Shown here: one piece after another, positions 25,300 through 38,254 of the stretch | How the letters are laid out: every line of letters starts with the position of its first letter | Numbering within the stretch: the stretch's first letter is position 1 | Assembly: GCA_028534125.1 (NCBI GenBank) | Contig: CM052816.1 | Coordinates: 36,148,001-36,212,000, forward strand | Source: Lama glama | Taxonomy: Eukaryota | Direction of reading: 5' to 3' | DNA: 64,000 nt | Notes under the pieces: generated by a model | Databases searched by the model: none | What the model was told of the DNA's origin: nothing | Seen by the model: only the letters and a program-made list of their open reading frames with translations | Made by a program: the position numbers and the translations under genes

Positions 25300-25822
25300 C
25301 AGCAGCTACTCCTTCTTATGATGGTATATATGATGTTCTTTTGGCGAACCCTACCTCCCTCCTCAGGCCATGAGGCTTATGAGGTTGATCTAAAATTCTG
25401 GCTTTGTGAGGGGCATATAACAAAAATCTGCTCTATCAAAGTCTTCCCCTGGCCAGGCTAAACCCTGATAGGTTTAGGGATGGGCACATACCCAAGCCAT
25501 GCTAATGAAACTCAATTTGAGACTTTCATTAGAACAGTTAGGAAGAAGATGTTAATGTTACTCAGCTGGTAGGATGTAAGCCCGGGGCTGTTGTGGGCCA
25601 CCAGGAGAAGGCTTCCCAGAGACACAGGATGACACAAGGAAAAGTACAACTGAGAGACTGGGAGAGAAAAATCTTGTCCTTATGGCATTAATTTGAGCCA
25701 TAATCAATCCAGTTGTGACTGAAGCTACTTCTAGCTCTGATTATATGAACAATATACCCCTTTTTGCATATCAAGTTTGAGCTGGGTTTCTAGTAGACTG
25801 GAAAGAGTCATGAATAATGACA
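25300..25822 (+). mobile_element. MaLR LTR (MLT1J/K-like)
   Basis: ggtaggatgtaagcccggggctgttgtgggccacc; 3' end tttgagctgggtttct...gaaagagtcatgaataatgaca. Left boundary uncertain. Confidence 0.65.
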
Positions 25823-26807
25823 TGCTCTTCTTCTGCACTCTTCATAAACCTATGCATGTGTTAACTTTGTAACTAAAAAAATAAATTTTATACAAGAGGC
25901 AAAACAGAAATACGTACACAGAGACTTAAAAACAGCTTAAGATATCTTAGAAAGCCATTTTCTCTTTTTGTGAATTTGTTGAAAAAACTGGAGCAACTTT
26001 AATAATGAATTCAGGAAACTGATGCCAATTTGATCTTCTAATAGCTCGTGTGCTGGACAGTGCTCAGTAGTGATGCTGATCTAAGGGGGAACACATCCAT
26101 CATTATAGCGCACTTACATCTCGTTAACCATCCAGGCCTGGAGAGGTTGCTGAGGTTAGAGGTGGAGCAGGGTGGGCAGAGGTGACTAGCAAGAGAGCCC
26201 TGAACATTAACTTGGCGCCTTGTTGAGCTATGTAGGACATATGAAAAGATCCAGGGAGGCCACATTTAAAAATAGCATAATGAAATTAGTACACTGCAAT
26301 CTGCCCCGAGGAGCAGACATGACCTGACTTGATGAAGCTTCACATACAAAATGGATTTTATTTTTAGGGCATTCTATCTGGGATAACAATGGCTCTGCTG
26401 ATAGGAAGGTGGTGGGTATAGTTTGTCTCAGTGGCTGGCACTTACGCTTGAAAAGAACAAAATAGCATATTTAAACTGTCAAGCCCTAATTGTTTCATTA
26501 GATGGTGGTAGTCTTTGACAAAAGGAGCCGGCTAACTGCTGAAAGCAAGAATGATGAGCAGTAATTCTGGCAGGGCACTGGGGCGCTGCACTAGTTACCT
26601 CTCCTCCTTTGTTTCTTCCCAGTTCATCTCTGTTACAAGAGGAAGTCTCATTTTCTAATGTAATGACTGCTATTAAAATCAGTTAAATGCCTTTCATGAG
26701 CTCGGTGGTATATCTTCTACATATTTTTAGATATGAATGAACCACGGATGCAAGTTCCAGCATTTGTATGCATCTATTGGGTCTCCAGCATTTGCTTTCA
26801 TATCAAT

Positions 26808-27075
26808 TATAGTAATGACAGATATTTATTTAGGACTTTGAACCCGGCAGGATCCTAAGATGATTTACACATTTTATACATTCAGGATGAACTGTTTTGT
26901 TTACCACTAACTTGCAGCCGCCTCACCTTATATGTCAAGTACCACGTCACCACCAACTGCCTCTCCTGTATGGAAAATGGAGACCCTTCTGTCTGACAAA
27001 GGCGAACTTTTTGGTTGGCAGGAGGCAAGAACTCAGCTTAATATCTTGACAGGGCACAGCAGAGAAAGCCCCAGG
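26808..27075 (-). mobile_element. AmnSINE/DeuSINE-type ancient SINE relic
   Basis: atttatttaggactttgaacccggcaggatcctaagatgatttaca...accactaacttgcagccgcctc resembles the reverse complement of the AmnSINE1 3' tail; weaker similarity continues to ~27075. Confidence 0.5.
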
Positions 27076-30000
27076 CTAGGCATTTATGGTAAATAAAGCA
27101 GTTTGCACATATTAATTTTATAAAGCATTTTTGCTCTTCCCTCCAATGCTGCACATCTGTGAAGTATCAAGGGAGTGACTGAGTTGGGGTGTGAGAAGGG
27201 GGAGTGGGTTCTGATTTATTTCTTGCTGCTCAGTGGAATAAAGACCCACAGCATGTTTTCCATTTACACACATTTAAGAATTTAGAGGCTGCTTAGAATG
27301 AGAGAGCGGTTATATTTCACCAAGAGACATCATAAAAGCTTTCTCCAGTTTGAAACACAAAAAAATCAGATCCCATAGATAGCTATTTTTTCTCAGGTAC
27401 AAGGAACCAAATGTGATTAATGCCTTTTTCAAGGGCCGGAGTCTCCTTTCCTGGATGGCCAGAGAACTCGCCGAGGGATCCTCCCAGCTGCCCTGGTCTG
27501 TGTTCTTCGCAGGGAGGGATGGAGACTCCTCCGCCGGTGGGCTGTGTGGACCTCTGCCATGGAGGCTCCCCCTCTAAGTTCAGAAAGCTGATTTATCTTT
27601 GATTTGGGGTTTTTAAATTAGCCTTGTTTAAAATCATCTATCTCTTTCCAAGGGCAGCTTTCCTTTTAGCCAAGCTTCACATTACACAGTGTATATAAAT
27701 TTTAGCTGAGTTGTTTTCCAGATTCAAGAGTCTGAAATGCTGAAGCCCATGTTTATCACCATCCTAGCTGAGTTGTAGCAAGCTTGTCCTTGTCAGACAG
27801 TGGTTCTGAGCCTGATTCAGGCCTTCTGCTTTATTGGTTCTTGTTGAATGTTGAAGAACGATGATTTTGTTGGAGAGAAACTCAGTGTTTAAACCCACTC
27901 CCTCCTTAACTTAGCTAGCTGGATTCATGAGGGGGTCACAGTCATCAAAAAACTCCATTAAGTGAGAAGAAATCATCAGGAAAATGTGGAAAATATATTG
28001 AAGAAGGAAAAGATGCCTTTTGCCAAACTCAAAACTCAAGTGGAAGGACAGTGCTTGTGACCTTTCCACCCATCCTGGTGAAGAAATGCTGCAGAACATT
28101 CCAGAATCTGAGGGACACTCACCAGGAAGAAACTGTAAGCTGGATGCACTTAGAGAATGAGCAGGCAAAAGCAGACGCTTAGTGAGCAAGGCTAACCACC
28201 CGGCGTGGTGAAACAGGTTTCCCGCACAGGCTGTCTTGCTCCCAGCGTGGACAGGGCTTCAGCTGCTGCTTTCAGCGGGTGCTGACACGGGGATTCCCTT
28301 ACTCTTATGATTCATCGCTGTTTCCACAGGCTTAGCTGCCACGCAGCAGGTTTCATGGAGGTGTGACGTGCTGAGACACTGGAGATGGGTCCCTTGCCAC
28401 TGGGGACCACTGAACAGAGGCAAATATCAATCTTTTTCAAACGTTTATTTTGTCTGACTCATGTAAGAATGCATTTCAATGGTCTAATTTGGCAATCTGG
28501 TTTTCCAGGTAGTAAGATGAACAAACAAAAACCTCTAGCAATGATTACTACGCCCCCTCCTCCCCCCACCAACCCCTGGTTCCATAATTTTCCGGCAATA
28601 TATGAGCAGATATGGGAGGATAAAGGGATTTATTTATCAAATACAAAATGTTTTTGATTCTGAAAATTTTTTCTAGAAATTGAATAATTGCATTTCCCAA
28701 TTTTTTTTCTTTCTCAAATGCAAACAAATAGCCTGGAAAAAATTTTTAAAATTTGGGAAAAATAGTGACCTGGTTTTGGATACTGAAGCAAATAGTTTCA
28801 CCTAAAGTGAAATTAAAATACAGGGCAATAAATTTCCTGCAGGTCTTCACAGGATTATACTGTTGATCAAAATTGTCATCTGTAGGTGAATAGGTACACT
28901 TAATTTCTTATGTTTATTTTTTTCACTCTGAAAAATTAGTATTCCCATTGTTTCCATAGATTATTATATTACACTCATGAATCAATCAAATGGTAAAAAA
29001 GTGCTTTGGATAGCAGGCTTCTCTAAGTTTAAGGAGTTATTGTCAAGGCATTAAACAATAATTCACATGCCCATAAAATTGGCAAAGTGGAATCTTGGCT
29101 GTAAACAGAATCTGCCATCCTGAACCCTTTTGACAGGCTTCATGAGACTCTGAGTATACACATGGAATTAGAGAATGATGGGGCTGGATATGAACTTACG
29201 AGCATCTGGCTTAGTGGAGGGGAGACAGATCCAGCGAGGTTGAGCAGGCAGCTAGTGAGAGATGGAGCTAGTCTTCAGGTATCCATTTGTAGTTGCAGTT
29301 CTTCCAAGGACTTCTAGGAGTGTCAGCTATAAAAGTAACACTGATCTTAGTGATTCTCTTGCTATTTTTGTGACCTTCTTTGTAATAATCCTTTAGAGTT
29401 TCTTTAGGGAAAAGAGTGGTCAAGCTTCGGAACTAGGGTTTTGTGGTCATTTTTGAATGTTAACTTTTACCCAAGTAGGAGCAGGACAGCCTAAGAAAGA
29501 AATTCCACTGAGAAGCCCTCTGCACTTGTCCCAGCCCTAATCCTTCCTAAGAAATGTGAGCAGTAGAGGACTTCTAAGGTACTCTTCAACTCAGAAGTCT
29601 AAGATTCCATGCAGGGCAATTCTATTTGCCAAAATGCTTTACTTAGGGGTCACATATGTAACAGTCTTCCGAATTCTTGCCCTTCATCCACTAAATCTAG
29701 TCTTGCTTTTAACCACCTAGGACATCCATCTATGATTCTTTTGTGTATCTAATGAAAGGTCAAATGATTTGGCCAGGACTGGAAAATACAATATAGTTTA
29801 AATAATTCTCTGCATACTTTTGGGTACACATTCTGAATTTAATAATAGGGATATTATAAAATTGTTTTAGCATAACTGCTAAGACTCAGATAAAGGAAAT
29901 AAGAAAAACTAAAAACATTGAAATTTTCTTATGCTTCAATGCACTTACATGGAATAATAGTGTATGTAAAATATTAATGCTTCAGAATCACACTAGGTTA

Positions 30001-30420
30001 GCCTACAGTAGCATGCTTGACTTCATAGAAAAAATAAAGTCAGGCACATCTAATGCATGATACTGATAAACTCCACGGGTATTGGGAGGGAGGGATATTT
30101 AGACAACATAGCTCAAATGGCTATGATCTGTTAGAGTTGAATAATTTTTGATGTAGACAAAATGGTAATAATAATTCTAGAGTGGTAGAATGTAGCTCAT
30201 TAAAAAAAAAGTATTCTAGTAATGTTCCTGGGTGGGTGTGGTGGAAGGGGAGATACTGGACACTACTGAGTAAGCTCATAGGTAGAACATAAGTGATATT
30301 GAAAATTTTACCTTAGGACTCACAGATCTCTCTCCAAAATTCTACTCCCCTGTATCACTTCCCTTTGTGTGCCAGACATCACAAAGAGATATCTTGCTGT
30401 CACCTCAATGGTAGCATCTT

Positions 30421-30514
30421 TTTTTTTTTTTTTTTAATGGAGGTACTGGGGATTGAACCCAAGACCTCATGCTTGCTAAGTATGTCATCTACTGCTGAGC
30501 TATACCCATCCCTC
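30421..30514 (-). mobile_element. tRNA-Ala-derived SINE (camelid Vic-1 type) with TSD
   Basis: Minus strand reads gagggatgggtatagctcagcagtag...gggttcaatccccagtacctccatt-poly(A), with A and B boxes. TSD aatggtagcatctt (30407-30420) / gatggtaatatctt (30515-30528). Confidence 0.9.
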
Positions 30515-30559
30515 GATGGTAATATCTTCTATATAAAACTTCTCTTGTTTTTGAGCACT

Positions 30560-31122
30560 GTTTTCTAACTCCCAATGTCTCTAATAAAGATCTTCTCTAG
30601 GTCACCCAAGTTTGAAATCCTGAATTGACCCCTGACTTATCCCTGTTTTATCAAGTTACCCCTATTTTATCAAGGAAACCTGGAGATTTTTCTAAGCATC
30701 AATTCTATTCTTTATTCATTTTTTAATGATGTTATTGTTACTTAAGCCAATCTCTTAAATAACCCACTGGCATTCCGTATCAAGAGGCTTCATTCATTGT
30801 TCATCTTTCTTCTGGGTTCTGTGAATCCACTAATGTTCAATCCAAGACTTATTTCTCCATTTGCTGAATTTTATCAAACTTATGCCCTTGCTCTTGTCTT
30901 TGTCTTCTAAACCCTAACAATAAGCTAACTTATACCAAAAACTTCGCAAATTATTGCCTGCCTCATGATGTCTGATGTAGTTTACACATAGTATAACCTT
31001 CCCACTGAAATGTAAGCTCCTAGGGTGCAGAGATTGCCTCTCACAGTTATTCTAAATTTCCCACAGAACCTACTTGGTGCTGAGGAGTAATAGGTATGCT
31101 AAAACAGTATGTGTTAACTGAT
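30560..31122 (+). mobile_element. L2 3' fragment
   Basis: cactgaaatgtaagctcctagggtgcagaga...taggtatgctaaaacagtatgtgttaactga; left part highly decayed. Confidence 0.55.
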
Positions 31123-32409
31123 TTCATATTTACGGAGAGCTACAAAAAATATCATTTATATTGTCCATGAAAATGATCTTCATGTCTAGTTTCAGAAAAT
31201 TCAGGGTGGGTTACAAATCTAAATATATATAGATTTTCCTTTGGAAAAGGAAACATATATATTTATGTTTGAACTTTGGATTTTTTGTTTCCATGGACCT
31301 GTAATTTTTTGCTGTGAGCTGAAAACAACACCTAAGAAGGCAACAGATGAAAGTCTGCTGAAAAAATTTCTAATTCCTATGACACCTAAGAATCCTCAGA
31401 AGATTACATAAACACATGTTTGTTTTTATCATGAAATATTTGACATTTTGATCACTTCATGTTTGGATATTATTGAGGTCACATCAGATTACACATTGAG
31501 AGGCCTAGAACTGATATGTCAACAAGACATCTGATAGTCACATGAAAATAGGAAAACAGAGTGAAAATGCAAATGTTTTCAAATTTTCTCTTATCCTACG
31601 CTGTACTGAGGTTGCCTCCTCTACCTGATTATGTACATTAATACAAATAGCTTCATTGACATTTCAGAAACTCAGTTCAGCGGTACAGATATCATCCAAA
31701 AAAGAGACGATGAACAACGATGCATCAGATTCACAATAAATCTATGTGAGACTTTAAATTTTAGGAAATAGCTGTATTTATTTTTATTGTGTTTTTTATG
31801 AGGAGCCTTTGGAAAAGCTCGTTCCATGATCTGATGTTTATGGTCAATTCAATCTTTCTTTGAAGATGAGCTACACCCATAAAATAAGCCATGACTCATT
31901 CAAATGCTTATGACTACACGATGCTCATTTGTAAGGTTTGAATCTTTACAACCGTATGGACACACCTCATCTTGACAAGCCTGAGGTGCCGGGGCTCGGT
32001 AGAGATGTAAGTATGTGTCACTACAGACTCAGGAATAAGCATGCTCTTCCATTATCCCGGCTGACCTCAGTGTCTCTGGCTATATAAACTAGTCTGTCCG
32101 CTGTGAATATTAATCATCTTGGCGTTAAACCTGAGAGTCTTTTAAAAGAGACGCTTCCCACTCCTCAACAATAACAAACAGTTTAACATTGTGTTTAGCA
32201 ACTTGTCAGCTACTCCACCTCTGTCAAAGACATCTCTTTGGTGATTATATCTCAATCATGGCTGGACCACTTTGCATTATGCATCATATAGAAGTGAGAT
32301 GTCCACAAAGTAAGTTAATAGCATTTTGTAATGTGAAGAAAAAATCAAAATTAAGAGAGATGAGAGCGAGAGGGAGGGAGACGAAAAAAATAAATAAAAG
32401 AAGGTTATA

Positions 32410-32610
32410 GGTAACACTCCTTGGGCACTACCAGAAGCTTCTACAAAATTCATACAGATCGACTCATTTGATCCTTGTCACAACCTCATGAGACAGCTGC
32501 TATTATTATCTTCATTTGTTTGATGAGGAAATGGAAGTACAAGTAAGTACAGATTTAGGATTTGAACTCGGGCAGTCTGACACCAAAGCAGAACCTTTAA
32601 ATTTCTATGG
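32410..32610 (-). mobile_element. MIR SINE
   Basis: ctcatttgatccttgtcacaacctcatgag...gatgaggaaatggaag...ggatttgaactcgggcagtctgac. Confidence 0.8.
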
Positions 32611-33304
32611 CCTACTTCCTCTCAACATAAAAACTGCTGATTGTTCTTTTGGAAACAGTTATAACACAAAATAAATTTGGGTTTGAATTTTCTATCTGCT
32701 TAGGCATTGTACTACAAAATGCTTAGACAGCTTATTGAACACTGAAATATTTCATCAGTCAGTTGATTGTGAATCCATGAAATGGAGCTATTCATTTGTT
32801 TGGTGATGGGTGGAAGGAACTGACAAGTAGTTTTCACTCAATGGGTACAGTGAGTGTCATATGAAATCGCATAATGGTTAAGAAATGTATCTATTTTTTT
32901 GGGTTCAGTTGGCTTCTTTTTATCAAGTCTTATTCTTCATCACTTTCCTAATTTTATTTTAGAGTTTCATGCAGATGTGCCCAGCCTTCGTAAATGTCAA
33001 GGCATTAGCCAGCAAATATTAATTGATTAAACGTTCACTTCCCTTCCTGATGTACATGTCTAGAGACTAGAATCTTGTGGGTGCTTTACTGAGGGCTGAT
33101 CAGTAGAATTAGTCATTCAGCCAAAAATAAAGGGTAAAGTGTGAATATAAAGTGTGTAATGTTTTATCCACAGACCACTGGAAAAAAATGGTTTGGTTTT
33201 GATAGTCTGTTCATGTGAGGTTAGCAGAGCAAAAAAAGAAGATTAGAAGATTTCATTGTTTTGTATGAAATTATTTCCAGGTATCACTATTTGAGTACTA
33301 TGTC

Positions 33305-33828
33305 AACTATGGTAGAAATCTGTTGTTTTCCTGCTTGGCATCCAGGCTATACATTGGTAGAAACTCCTCTCCACTAGTCTCAGCTATGTGAACCTAGTTG
33401 AGTTGACTCTGTTTCCAATTCTAGAGGCAGAGCATATAGCCAACGCCTAAGCCAAACAACAAATCACATTCCTCTAACACTTGTAATTAATTTGAGCGTG
33501 TCCTAATCAGTTCATTAGGGCATTTGAGGTGTACATGGATTTAGGAGGATATAGCCATGGGAGCTTCTGGCTGTCAGTCTGAAGCCATAAGACTGGAGCC
33601 AATATTGAGGATATTAAGTTGAGAAATGAGAACAAAAAATTCAGCAACAAAAAGTTACAGATCAAACCATCTAAGCTCTGGCTCATTCTTTGCTTGAATT
33701 CAGAATACCTTGTCTTGTTTGATTATAAGGGCCAGATAAAAGCAGATTTCTTTCTTTTTTTTTTTTTTTGCTTAAGCAATTTTGAAATATGGTTTCAATG
33801 ATTTGCAATGGAAAGAATCCTAAATAAA
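33305..33828 (+). mobile_element. MaLR LTR (MLT1K/L-like)
   Basis: 3' end ttgcttaagcaattttgaaatatggtttc...ttgcaatggaaagaatcctaaataa. Confidence 0.6.
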
Positions 33829-34472
33829 AAATGAAGTGGAAAAGGAAACAAGTGAAAAAGCTTCTTAAAATATATTTAACTTTCCTATTGGGATATTAAG
33901 GTATTAAAGTTAGGTGAGACAATTTGAAATCATCTTCATCAGTGCTTTTTTGTTGTTGTTGTCATTGTGTTTTAGCCAACACACTGGGCCTAGCAGAATC
34001 TCCCCCTTTTAAGCTGCCACTGATATCCTTGACAGTACCTGCTGAAGTGGTCATCCTAGAAGGCCACGCTGGGTCCCTGTGATGTTGAGCTCCTGTCACA
34101 TCTCCGGGACCTGAAAAGGGGTAAGTAAATCTAGAGGTTAAACTGAGCCAAATGTTTTATCTCATTTGAGTATTTGCACTATAAGACAGGATTACAACCA
34201 GAGAAAGAGGAGCACTTGAGCTGTAGGTCATGTAGGTAATTTTCAGCTGTGTGCAAATTGACTAGTGAGAAGAAAAAGCAAATGTTAGGTCAGGAATAGG
34301 AGACTTCAATTGACAAACAAACAAACAAACAAAAAAAAAAGAAAGAGAGAGAAAGGCAGGAGAGAGCAAGAGAGATGAGAAAACATAAGATTCTACAACA
34401 AATAAAAGAATGATCTAAGTTTCTGACTTGCCAGTTTCACTCCTTCTGTAACCTGACTGAGAGTCTTGTCCA

Positions 34473-35085
34473 GTCATTCATTCATTCACTTGTTTATTTA
34501 TTTACTTAACAGACAACACTGAGTCATCTCTTTTGGGACTCGGTGTTGTACTATATTCTAGGTTCTAAAGAATCAGTGGTAAACAAGACAGATGAATGTC
34601 CTGCCTTTGTCAGGGAGCTTATAATTTAAAAGAGAAAACTGAAAGACAGAAAGAAGGAAAGGAGGGAGGGAAGGAGCAAGAAAGTGAGGAAGAAATGAAG
34701 GAAAACTTACATATATATGGTGAGAGAAAGAGTGAGAGCATTAGAAGTGCTTTGAAGAAAATGGTAGACGTGGCAAAGGATACTGTGGTCCAGAAAGGCA
34801 TGTGAGAGTAATGTTATTTTTATCAGTTGACCAAGGTTTGAGTCTCTAAGGTGACAGTGACAATTGAAGGCAGTGAGAAAGCAAGCTACTCTGATGGCTG
34901 GACAAAGAGTTCCAAGGAGAGAGCAGAAAATGCCAAGATGGGAACAAAGGTGGTGCTGGGGAAGAGCAAGAATGTCAGTGTGGCTGGAGCAGAGTAAGCC
35001 GGGAGGAGACTGGGAGAACTGGAGATCAGAGTGATATGTAGAGGAGAGAGTCTGCAGGGCCTTGAAGGCCATGCTAAGGCCATTG
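34473..35085 (-). mobile_element. L2 3' fragment
   Basis: cattcattcattca tail, gtaaacaagacagatg, gtgtggctggagcagagt, gggccttgaaggccatgctaagg. Confidence 0.8.
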
Positions 35086-36634
35086 TGAACAGGTGAACTG
35101 GAAGTGCTTGTGTTTTCCAACAGTGTAGTCCATAACTGTTACTATTTACTTAGAGCTAGCTGGAGTAGATTTCTGTTTCTTGAAAACAAGCAACCCATGA
35201 CTAGAATAGTTATAAAACATTTTTCACAAAAATATTTTTTCCTAATTCAGTATCATGTAAAACCCTTTCCATATAAAAAAGATGAGAGCAGTGCCATTGC
35301 TGAAAATTATTTTAAAAGTTCACATTTGTAACATCTGATCACTCTAAAGCTGAATTAATGAGAAAAATGACACTGTTTTAATGAACCAAAAAATGTGAAC
35401 TCTGGGTTATAGATGATAAATGCAGTCTCAACCTTTAATCTTATTTTTGTATTTTGCACTGCTAGCCCAATATTGAAAAAAATTCCAATTCACACCAATA
35501 AATAGGTGCAAATGATAAACGACTTTAACAGCTCACCTTAAAATCTCAAGATTTTCTTCAAATAAACTGACCTGGAAACTTGAAAGTGGAGCAATGGTTA
35601 ATTCTCTTTAAAACATTTGGATTCTTATCAATATCTAACATATTTGCATTCTTTGTAGAGAAGATAATATAAGGGAGGCTATAAAGTTACCAAAAAACTT
35701 AACAAAGAAGATGTTCAAACTACTTATATTATGGTATGACAATATATGCGTTAGGCTTCTTTGTTACTACATAGCTGGCTGTTCCACTGTGGCTCCGGCA
35801 AAGTTTGGGCTGCCATGAACAAGTGCAGCCTGTTGCCGTAGGTACTTCCTCGAATCATTTTCCATGAAGTGCATATAGGAAAGGACAAATTTATTGAAAG
35901 GCCAGGTCGGAATGACTACTTACTCTATCAATAATCCAATTTTAAGAAGTTCAAATGTATGCCCGGAGATCATTATGAGGTCTATACAAACATTTGTTAA
36001 CCTGCATGCATAAATGATCAGGTTGGTAGATAGTTTCCAATGGGCTAAAATTTGGTATAAAACATTATTTAACTGTGCTATTTGCTTTGTTACATTTTTA
36101 AAAGTTTTTAAATTATTTGAAAAATTATGGTTTTAAATCTAAATTTTGCAAAACCCAAAGCTTCTCAGGAATTTCAGCGGTACCTGAATAATTCTTTAAA
36201 AATGATGAATCAAATTAGCCCTCAACATCACAGGCTATGAAATTAAAGCCTTGTGAGGAAACCTGGAAAGATAGAGGAGGTCTAAGATGAGAACACACGT
36301 CCCCTTGTCTCGCAGCTTGTGACTCTTTCCACTTGTCACACTGCTAAGTTTTTTTCTTAGGACCAAATAATGAAAGCATGTCAAAATTTTTGACCTGGTA
36401 AGCTTAATTTTCAGATCTTCCAATAGAGTTTATGAAACATACTGTAACATCTTTACATTTATTTCTATAGCGTCTGTAAAAGGATGTTAAAATCCAGAAT
36501 AAACTTCTAGTTACTAGAAGTAGCTGATATTAGAATAATTTTGTAGTAGGAAGAAAAGCCAAAACCCCCCAAATCTCTTTTACACCCAACTGGATACCTG
36601 TTTCTGAAATGAGACATACTGGTCCATCTCATCT

Positions 36635-36757
36635 GCGAGTATGTAATCTCCAGGGAGTCAGGGCTCCTCTGTCTTGTTTTCTTTGGAATCACCAGTATGT
36701 CTCATTCCAGAACAGTGTGCGGCACACAGTAGGTGTTCAATAAGTTTCTGCCGATGT
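36635..36757 (+). mobile_element. L2 3' terminus
   Basis: tgtaatctccaggg...agaacagtgtgcggcacacagtaggtgttcaataagttt. Confidence 0.75.
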
Positions 36758-37844
36758 TTTAGCAAAGTAGCCAGAGAAATCAGCTCAGGACTTAATTCCA
36801 AGTGGCCTTTGCTTAGGTAGAATTCATAAATGAAGTTATAAGGGCCAATTTATTGGAGGCCAAAGTTCTTACAGTATTATCATTTAATGTTTAGATTCAG
36901 ATCTTAAAGTCGTTTCCTAACCAACTTTAAAGAGCTGAGAGACCATTTTTATCCCTAACACCGCTAAAGGTTTTCAAGTTTTCTAATTCAAGTGTGATGA
37001 AACTGCATTGTGAATGGCCAATCCTGATTTTAATAGTGTCTCCATTTCACTTAGGAGTGTTATTCTGAAACTTTAGCTATTCATGGCTTATATCCTAAAT
37101 ATGGAGACAGTAGCCTCTGATTTGTCTCAGCTGCTTGTGGTTGGCACGGATGTGCAGGTATACAAATGCTGGCCCATTTTCAATGGATGTCATTGGTAAC
37201 CTCAGTTTCATTTATTCAGTTTAGTTTGTTTGCATTCCTTGGAATCTGGGTGTGTGCTGTAAAAACTAAAGATGGGGAAAATTATAGAATCAAAACTCTA
37301 TTTGTATGTTAATTATATCCAGCTGCTATTCCAAGTTTTTGTCCTGTTCAAAACCTGTCTCTCCTGTCTCCTCCCCCCACCTCTCTCTTTTAAATAAGAA
37401 CCTGTCTTTTAAGACTCTTTGTTTGGTATTATGGATATCACTGATTTAGTGTGCAATTTACTTTGCCCCTGAGATTAGCTCCTCTCTTTCTTCCTTATTC
37501 CTGGGCTGCCACTCCTCGTCCTAACAATGGTCCTTTATTCCTTCATGCCAACGCCTTACTGCTGTGCTCATGTGTTGGATCATTGCCAAGGGTGAAACTC
37601 TGAAAACTTTATGGAAGTGCTGACGCCAGTAAAGTTCCAAATGGAAGAACATAATAAGAATATGATCTTAAGTTTCTAGGAACTGTTCAGTCTCATAATG
37701 ACACTGATAAGAGTTTTCCTCAATGGCTTCCTTTAATGGAGTGGCCACCACTCCTCTGTTGAATGATTGCATCTGAACTGTGGGAAAGTTTTGGGAAAAT
37801 GACAAACAGGATGTAAGTATCGTTGCTCTTTGGAAAAAGACCAT

Positions 37845-38254
37845 TTTGTGGGTTAAACTGTGTCCCCATAAAAGATGTGTTTAAGTCCTAACCCTGGGTA
37901 CCTAAGAATGTGACCTTAATATGTAAACAGGGTCTCTGAAGATGTAATTAAGTTAAAATGAAGTCATGCTCGGTTAAGGTGGGTTCTAATCAAGAGATAC
38001 AGAGAGATACAGGGAGAACATCTTGTAATGACAGAGGATTGGAGTGGTTTGTTTACAAACCAAGAACAACGTAAAGGATTTCCGGCAACACCAAAAGATA
38101 AGACAAAGGCCTGGAACAGATGCTCCCCTAAAGCCTTAGAGAGAACATGACCATACTGACCTCTTTTTTGGACTTCTGGCCTCCAGAACTGCAACAATAA
38201 ATTTCTCTTATTTTTTGTGGTAATTTGTTATGGTAGGCTGAGGAAATGAATACA
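37845..38254 (+). mobile_element. MaLR LTR (MLT1B/C-like)
   Basis: gggttaaactgtgtcccc...gaatgtgacctt...ggacttctggcctccagaactg...ggtaatttgttatgg...aatgaataca. Confidence 0.88.

Noticed and set aside
28283..28310. Short resemblance to the DeuSINE core (gacacggggattcccttactctt)
   Set aside because: Too short and not extendable by eye.
30436..30514. tRNA-Ala-like sequence as a tRNA gene
   Set aside because: Poly(A) tail, TSD and damaged stems show it is a SINE.
35770..35870. Minus-strand mini-ORF MENDSRKYLRQQAALVHGSPNFAGATVEQPAM
   Set aside because: Only 32 codons, with no splice context or recognisable homology.
37525..37680. Open frame QRLTAVLMCWIIAKGETLKTFMEVLTPVKFQMEEHNKNMILSF
   Set aside because: No convincing acceptor or recognisable homolog; length is compatible with chance.
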